Below, in pieces: positions 55,901 through 64,000 of a stretch of DNA of 64,000 nt; the first letter of the stretch is position 1; each line of letters opens with the position of its first letter. Source of the stretch: the human T2T-CHM13v2.0 reference genome, Homo sapiens; NCBI RefSeq assembly GCF_009914755.1, contig NC_060929.1. One strand, written 5' to 3'. The notes below the pieces were generated by a model that saw nothing but the letters and a program-made list of their open reading frames with translations, made no database searches and was not told the origin of the DNA. A program made the position numbers and the translations under genes.

Positions 55901-57245
55901 ATGAATAGGAAGACTCAATATCTCAATATTGTCAAGATGTCAGTTCTTCCTGATGTGACCTATAGATTCAATACAATCCCAATAAAAATACAACGAACTT
56001 ATTTCGTCGCTATTGATGAACAAATTGTAAAGTTTATATGAATAGGTAAAAGATCCAAAATAGTTCAATAAAAAAGGAGAACAAATTTGGAGGACTGACT
56101 ATAAGGCAACAGTTATCAAGATAATACGGTATTGGAAGGAAAAATAGACAAATAGGTCAATGGAACAGAAGAGAGAGGCCAGAAATAGACCCATATAAAT
56201 ATAGTCAACTGAATTTTGACAAGAGAGCAAAGGTACTAGAATGGAGAAAAGACAGCCTTTTCAACAAGTGTTGCTAGAAAACAGGGATATCCACATGCAA
56301 AAAGAGAAAAATGAATCTAAACACAGACCTTACACCCTTTAGAAAAATTACATCAAAATGGACCACAGACATACAAGTAAAATGCAAAACTATAAAACTT
56401 CTAGATAATAACATATAATAAAATCAAGATGACCTTTAAGATACAATACCAAAGGCATGATTCCATGAAAAAAAAATTATAACATGGACTTCATTAGAAT
56501 TAAAAAACTTCTGCTCTGTAAAATACATTGTCAAGAGAGTGAGAAGACAAGCCACAGACTGGGAGAAAATATTTGCAAAAGACATATCTGATAAATAACT
56601 GTTACAAAAATATACAAACAACTTTTAAAAATGCAATAATAATAAACAGCCCAATAAAAATGGACCAAAGACCCAGATATCTCAGCAAAGGAGATATACA
56701 GATGGCAAATGAGCATATGAAAAGAGGTCCTACATAATATGTTATTGGGGAAATGCAAATTAAAACGAGATTCCATTATATGCATATTAGAATGGCCAAT
56801 ATGTAGATCAATTACAACATAAATGCTGGTAAGGATATGGAGCAACAGGAACTCTCCTTCAAAATGCAAAAGATACAACCACTTTGGAAGAAAATCTGGT
56901 AACTTCTTTTTTTAACTTTTATTTTAAGCTCAGGGGTACACATACAGGTTTGTTAGATAGGTAAACTTGTGTCATGGGGGTTCGTTGTACAGGTTATTTC
57001 ATCACCCAGGTATTAAGCCTAGTACCTCTTAGTTATTTTTCCTGATCCCCTTTCTCCTCCCAACCTCCACCCACCTGATAGGCCCCAGTAACTTCTTAAA
57101 AAACTAAATATATTCTTACCATAAGATTCAGCAGTTGCTCTTCTTGGTATTTAGCCAAAGGAGTTGAAAACCAAGTCCATACAAAAGCTTGCACATAGAT
57201 GTTTACAGTAGCTTTATTCACAATTGCCAAAACTTGAAAGCAAAC
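52980..57245 (+). mobile_element. Composite old L1 block: L1M ORF2 5' piece, then L1MC/MD-type 5' region and ORF1 (~54120-55645), then ORF2 3' half
   Basis: ORF1-like MLEIKNTVTQIKNAFDNFITRRDMTEETISELED; A-rich ORF2 remnants with many stops and large internal deletions. Confidence 0.85.
56909..57087 (-). mobile_element. Short L1PA15/16-like 3' end inserted antisense in the older L1
   Basis: TSD gtaacttctt at 56899-56908 and 57088-57097. Confidence 0.85.
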
Positions 57246-57366
57246 AAGATCTTTTTAAAAACTTCACCTATGCGCTTAACTCTATCACAGGACAGGAAAA
57301 ATTACCTTATTTTCAGATATTGTGGTACTGAAACAGTATGTGTTGCTATATCTTAAAAATATTGTA

Positions 57367-57608
57367 CTTTGGGAGGCCAAGGAGGGCGGATCATGAGGTC
57401 AGGAAATCAAGACCATCCTGGCTAACATGGTGAAACACCATCTCTACTAAAAATACAAAAAATTATCAGGGTGTGGTGGTGCTCGCCTGTAATCCCAGCT
57501 AGGAGAATTGCTTGAACCCAGGAGGCGGAGGTTGCAGTGAACTGAGATCACAACACTGCACTCCAGCTTGGGCAACAGAGCAAGACTCTGTCTCAAAAAA
57601 AAAAAAAA
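57367..57608 (+). mobile_element. AluSc-like, 5'-truncated with small internal deletion
   Basis: Starts ctttgggaggcc; lacks actcgggaggctgaggc; attgta on both flanks. Confidence 0.9.
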
Positions 57609-58072
57609 TTGTAGCAATTGATTTCTGTTTTAGGAAAGATTAGATTCATTTTCTAAAAGGAATTTTGAAACATTTAAAAATTTCGTTAGTTGACTTTCTC
57701 CAAAAAAGTGAGGGATTGTGATTAATATCCTTAACGTGCTCTGATCTCACTGGGCTTGTCTGACTTTATTGCTTAATAAAATCCAAATTTTTGGGGGGGA
57801 TTTCTGTGATGAACATCTAAAGGTTAACTTACCTAAAAATCTTCTTAACTACTGATGACCTATTTTTCTTCTTATGGGGGTGGAGGCTTTGAGTTGGACT
57901 GAAGACAATGCTGATGAGACCTGAGACAATTCTCATATGAATTTGTCTGTTCTGCAACTAGGCCACAGGTGGCATCCTTAACTCTAGAAAGACATTTCAA
58001 AATTTCAGTGACCATCATGAGAAACAGGAGACAGCTTATTCTGGGATTAAAAAAACCCATCATCACTGAATA

Positions 58073-61000
58073 GAGACATACCTCACTTTATTGCACTTCA
58101 CAGATATTGTGGTTGTTTTTGTTATTGTTTGTTTTTACAAATTCAAGGTTTGTGGCAACCATACCTTGAACAAGTCTCCATTCATCATTTATCCAACAGC
58201 ATGTGCTCATTCAGGTCTGTCACATTTGGTAATTCTTGTAATACTTTATCATTATATCTGTTACGATTATCTGTTATCAGTGATCTCAGATGTTACTATT
58301 GTAGGACACCGTGAACCACACCCATACAAGACAAACATAATCCATAGATGGGTGTGTTCTGAGTGCTTTACCTACTGGCTGTTCCCCATCTCTGTCCCTC
58401 TCCTCAGGCTTCCCTATTCCCTGAGACACAACAATATTGAAATTAGGCCAATATTGAAATTATAACGGCCTCTAAGTGTTCATGCAAAAGGAAAAAGTTG
58501 CACTCTCCCATTTTAAAACAAAAGCTAAAAATGACAATAATATTAAAATTAGGCCAATTAATAACCCTATAATGGCCCCTAAGTGTTTCAAGTAAAAGGA
58601 AAAAGTTGCACATCTCTCACTCTAAATCAAAAGCTAAAAATGATCAAGCTCAGTGAGTAAGGCACGTCAAAAGCCAAGATAGGCCGAAAGCTAGTCCTCT
58701 TGTACCAAACAGTCAAGTTGTGAATGCAAAGGAAAAGTTCTTGAAGGAAATTAAAAGTGCTACTCCAGTGAAACACAGATGATAAGAAAGCAAAACAGCC
58801 TTACTGTTTATACAGAGAAAGATTTAGTGATGTGGATAGAAGATCAAACCAGCCACAACATTTCCTTAAGCCAAAGCCGAATACAGAGCAAGGCCCTAAG
58901 TCTCTTCAATTGAGTGGTAAGAGAGCAGCAGACAAAAAGTCTGATGTTGGCAGAAACTGGTTCATGAAGTTTAAGGAAGGAAGCTGTCTTTAGAACAAAA
59001 CGGTGCACAGTGAAGCAGTAAGTGCTGATGTAGAAGCTGCACCAAGTTATCCAGAAGATCTAGCTAAGATCACTGATTATGGTGGTTATACCAAACAACA
59101 GATTTTCAGTGTAGATGAAACAGCCTTCTATTGAAAGATGCCATGTAGAACTTTCATAGCTAAAGAGCAGAAGTCAATGCATGCTTTCAAATATTCAAAG
59201 GCTGATTCTCTTGTTAGGCTGGTTCTCTTGTTAGCAGCTAATGCAGTTGGGGGCTTTAAGCTGAAGCCAATGCTCATTTACCATTCTGAAAATCCTATGG
59301 CCCTTCAGAATTACACTAAATCTACTCTGCCTGTGTTCTATAAATGGAACAACAAAGCCTGGGTGACAGCACATCTGTTCACAGAATGGTTTACCGAATA
59401 TTTGAAGCCCACTGTTGAGACCTGCTACACGGAAGTCCTCTGCTGTTCATTGACAATGCATCTAGTCACCCAAGAGCTCTGATGAAGATATACAAGGAGA
59501 CTGATGTTGTTTTCCTGACTGCAAACACAATATCTATTCTGCAGCCCATGGATCATGGCGTAACTTTGACTTTCAAGACTTATTATTTAAGAAATATATT
59601 TCATAAGGCTTTAACTGCCACAAATAGTGAATCCTTCGATGGGTCTGGAAAAAGTAAATAGAAAACCTTCTGGAAAGAATTCATTATTCTAGATGCTATT
59701 AAGAACATTTGTGATTCACGGGAGGAGATTAAAATAGTAACATAAACTAGAGTTTGGAAGTAGTTGATTCCAACCCTTGTGGATGACTTTAAGGGGTTCA
59801 AGACTTGAGTGGAAGAAGTCACTGCAAATGTAGTGGAAATAGAGGGAGAACAAGAATTACAAGTGGAGCCTGAAGATGTGACTGAATTGCTGCCAATCTC
59901 ACGATATCAAACTTGACAGATGAGTTGCTTCTTATGGATGAGCAAAGAGAGTGGTTTCTTGAGATAGAATCTACTGGTGAAGATGCTATGAACACTGCTG
60001 AAACGATTACAAAAGATTTAGAATATTACATAAACTGAGTTGATAAAGCAGCGGCAAGGTTTAAGACTAAAACTGACTCCAATTTTGAAGTTCTACTGTG
60101 GGTCAAATGCCATCAAACAGTATTGTATGCTATTGAGAAATCATTTGTGAAAGGAAAAGTCATTCAATGTGGCAAACTTCATTGTTGTCTTATTTTAAGA
60201 AACTGCCACAGCCACCCCAGCATTCAGCAACCACCACTCTGATCAGTCAGCTGCCATCAATATCAAGGCAAGACCTTCCAACAGCAAAAAGATTTTGACT
60301 CACTGAAGGCTCAGAGAATTGTTGCCATTTCTTAGCAATAATTTTTTTATTATACTTTAAGTTCTGGATTACATGTGCAGAACGTGCAGGTTTGTTACAT
60401 AGGTATACACGTGCCATGGAAGTTTGCTGCACCCGTCAACCCGTCATCTACATTAGGTATTTCTCCTAATGCTATCCCTCCCTTAGCCCCCCACCCCGAC
60501 AGGCCCCGGTGTGTGATGTTCCCCTCCCTGTGTCCATGTGTTCTCATTGTTCAACTCTCACTTATGAGTGAGAACATGCAGTGTTTGGTTTTCTTTTCCT
60601 GTGTTAGTTTGCTGAGAATGATGGTTTCCAGCTTCGTCCATGTCCCTACAAAGGACATGAACTCATCCTTTTTTATGGCTGCATAGTATTCCATGGTGTA
60701 TATGTGCCACATTTTCTTTATCCAGTCTATCATTGATGGGCATTTGGGTTGGTTCCAAGTCTTTGCTATTGTGAATGGTGCCGCAATAAACATATGTGTG
60801 CATGCATCTTTATAGCAGCATGATTTACAATCCTTTGGGTATATAGCCAGTAATGGGATCGCTGGGACAAATGGTATTTCTGGTTGTAGATCCTTGAGGA
60901 ATCGCCACACTGTCTTCCGCAATGGTTGAACTGATTTATACTCCTACCAACAGTGTAAAAGCGTTCTTATTTCTCCACATCCTCTCCAGCATCTGTTGTT

Positions 61001-61413
61001 TCCTGACTTTTTAGCAATCGCCATTCTAACTGGCATGAGATGGTATCTCACTGTGGTTTTGATTTGCATTTCTCTGATGGCCAGTGATGATAAGCTTTTT
61101 TTCATATGTTTGTTGGCTGCATAAATGTCTTCTTTCGAGAAATGTCTATTCATATCCTCTGCCCACTTTTTCATGGGGTTGTTTTTTTCTCATAAATTTG
61201 ATTAAGTTCTTTGTAGATTCTGGAACTAAGGTATGTACATTGTTTCTTTAGGTATAATGCTATTGCATGTTTAATAGAATACAGTATAATGTACATATAA
61301 CTTTTATATGCCCTATAAAAGAAACCAAAACATGTGTGTGACTCAGTTTATGGCAATATTCACTTTATTGTGGTGCTCTGAAACCAAACTGCAGTATCTC
61401 CGATTTGCACCTG
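58073..61413 (+). mobile_element. Tigger1 DNA transposon, near full length, decayed, interrupted by L1PA
   Basis: TA|gagacatacctc...cacctg|TA termini; DDE-domain remnant [40 protein letters not shown] (59138-59482) with flanking stops and frameshifts. Confidence 0.93.
60341..61224 (-). mobile_element. L1PA (about PA7/8) 3' end inside Tigger1
   Basis: Minus-strand ORFs [17 protein letters not shown].., KTVWRFLKDL.. plus 3' UTR. Confidence 0.93.
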
Positions 61414-63225
61414 TAAATCACTCAAAAAGCATGACATGAAATGTAACTCCATTCAATATTAAGGGTTAAATATTAGAATTCCTGGAGGTCCTAGCCAGAT
61501 CAATTGGGCAACAGAAAGTTAGAAAAAAAAAAAAGGTATCCAAATAAGAAAAGAAGTCAAACTATCTCTCTATGCAAACAATGTGTGATTCTATAGCTAG
61601 AAAACCTTAAAGACCCTGCCAAAAGTTTCCTGGAGCTGATAAACTACATCAGCACAGTTTCAGGATGTCAATTCAATGGAAAAAAAAATCAGCAGCATTT
61701 CTATATACTAATCATGTTCAAGCTGAGAGCCAAACCAAGAATGCAATCCCATTTACTATAGCCACAGGAAAAAAATAAAATAGCCAGGAATACATCTAAC
61801 CAAGTAGTTGAAAGATCTCTACAAGGAGAACTACAAAATACTGATAACAGAAGTCATAGAAGACACAAACAAATGTAAAAACATCTCATGCTCACAGATT
61901 GGAAGAATCAATATTATTAAAATGGCGATACTGCCTAAGGCACTCTATAGATTCAATGCTATTCATACCAAACTACCAATGTCATTTTTCACAGAACTAG
62001 AACAAACGATTCTAAAATTCATATAGCACCAAAAAAGAGCCAAAATAGCCAAAGCAATCCTAAGTGAAAAAAAACAAAGCCAGAGACATCATATTACCTG
62101 ACTTCAAACTATACTATAAGGCTACAATAAGCCAAAACAGCATGGTACTGGTCCAAAAAGAGACATATAGACTAATGGAACAGAATAGAGAACCCAGAAA
62201 AAAAGCTGCAGACCTACAGCCATCTGATCTTTGACAAAGTAGACAAAAATACTAAATGGGAAAAGGACCCCTATTCAATAAATGGTGCTGGGATAGTTGG
62301 CTAGCCATATGTGGAAGAATGAAACTGGGCCCCTACCTTTCACCATATACAAAAAATAACTCAAAATAAAGTATAGGTTTCAATGTAAAACCTCAAACTA
62401 TAAGAATCCTAGAAAAAAAAGTAAGAAACACCATTCTGGACTTCGTCCATGGCAAAGAATTACGACTAAGTCCTCAAAAGCAATTGCAACAAAAACAAAA
62501 ATTGACAAGTGGAACCTAATTCAACTAAAGAGGGTCTGCAAAGCAAAGAAACTATCAACAGAGTAAACAACCAACCTACAGAATGGGAGAAAGTATTCAC
62601 AAACTCTGCATTCAACAAAGGTCTAATATCCAGAATCCGTAAGGACCTTAAATGAACAAGCAAAAAACATATAGCCTCATTAAAATATGGGCAAAGACAT
62701 GAACAGACACTTCTCAAAAGAAGACATACAAGCGGCCAACAAACACATGAAAAAATGCTCCGCATCACTAATAATCAGAGAAATGCAAATCAAGACCACA
62801 ATGAGATACCATCTCACCCAGTGAGAATGGCAATTATTAAAAAAGTCAAAAAAACAAAAACATGTTGGTAAGGCTGTGAAGAAAAGTGTTATACACTGTT
62901 AGTGGGAATGTAATTTAGTTCAGCCACCGTGGAAAGCAGTTTGGAGATTTCTCAAAGAACTCAAAACTATCATTCAACCCAGCAATCCCATTACTTGGCA
63001 TAAAACCAAAAGTCAATAAATCATTCTATCAAAAAGACACATACACTCACATGTTCATAGCACCACTACTCACAATAGCAAAGACATGGTATCAACCTAG
63101 ATGTCAATCAACAGTGGACTGGATAAAGAAAATAGATGCATAGTATTCCATGGTGTATACACATGGTATATATTCCATATACACCATGGAATACTATGCA
63201 TCCACAAAAAAGAACAAAGTCATGG

Positions 63226-63931
<706 letters not shown>

Positions 63932-64000
63932 CATGTCCTTTGCAGCAACATGGATGCAGCTGGAGGCCATTATTTTAAGCAAATTAATTCAGGAACAGAA

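Noticed and set aside
57833-57983. Possible cryptic 151-nt exon on the minus strand (TCTTTCTAG| ... TAG|GTAAGT)
   Set aside because: Good-looking splice pairs arise often by chance in long introns; there is no homology or other support, unlike 12117-12189.
59138-59482. Transposase-like ORF as an active or domesticated TIGD gene
   Set aside because: Short fragment of a decayed Tigger1 with stops and frameshifts on both sides and an L1 insertion in the element.
60551-62026. L1 ORF2-like ORFs
   Set aside because: Truncated, interrupted L1 remnants that cannot encode functional ORF2.

Overview
AT-rich primate genomic DNA, most likely human, from inside the large gene SSBP2 (single-stranded DNA-binding protein 2, partner of LDB1), transcribed on the minus strand. 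I find only two coding exons: 34219-34308 (90 nt, [30 protein letters not shown]) and 9829-9888 (60 nt, [20 protein letters not shown]), both phase 0-0. The rest is intron packed with repeats: about 20 Alu/FLAM/FAM elements, L1PA/L1PB/L1M fragments, L2, MIR, MaLR LTRs, MER3/MER58A and two near-full-length Tigger1 copies in opposite orientation. Almost all ORFs in the supplied track are repeat-derived or chance ORFs. There is no prokaryote-type system, CRISPR array or RNA gene. The best candidate for something undescribed is a 73-nt segment (12117-12189, minus) between the two exons. It looks like the decayed counterpart of the cassette exon that SSBP3 and SSBP4 carry at this position. It still has good splice sites and a downstream YCAY cluster, and inclusion would create a premature stop, so it may be a vestigial or poison exon. 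Repeat subfamily names, exon numbering and paralog sequences come from memory, not from a database search.
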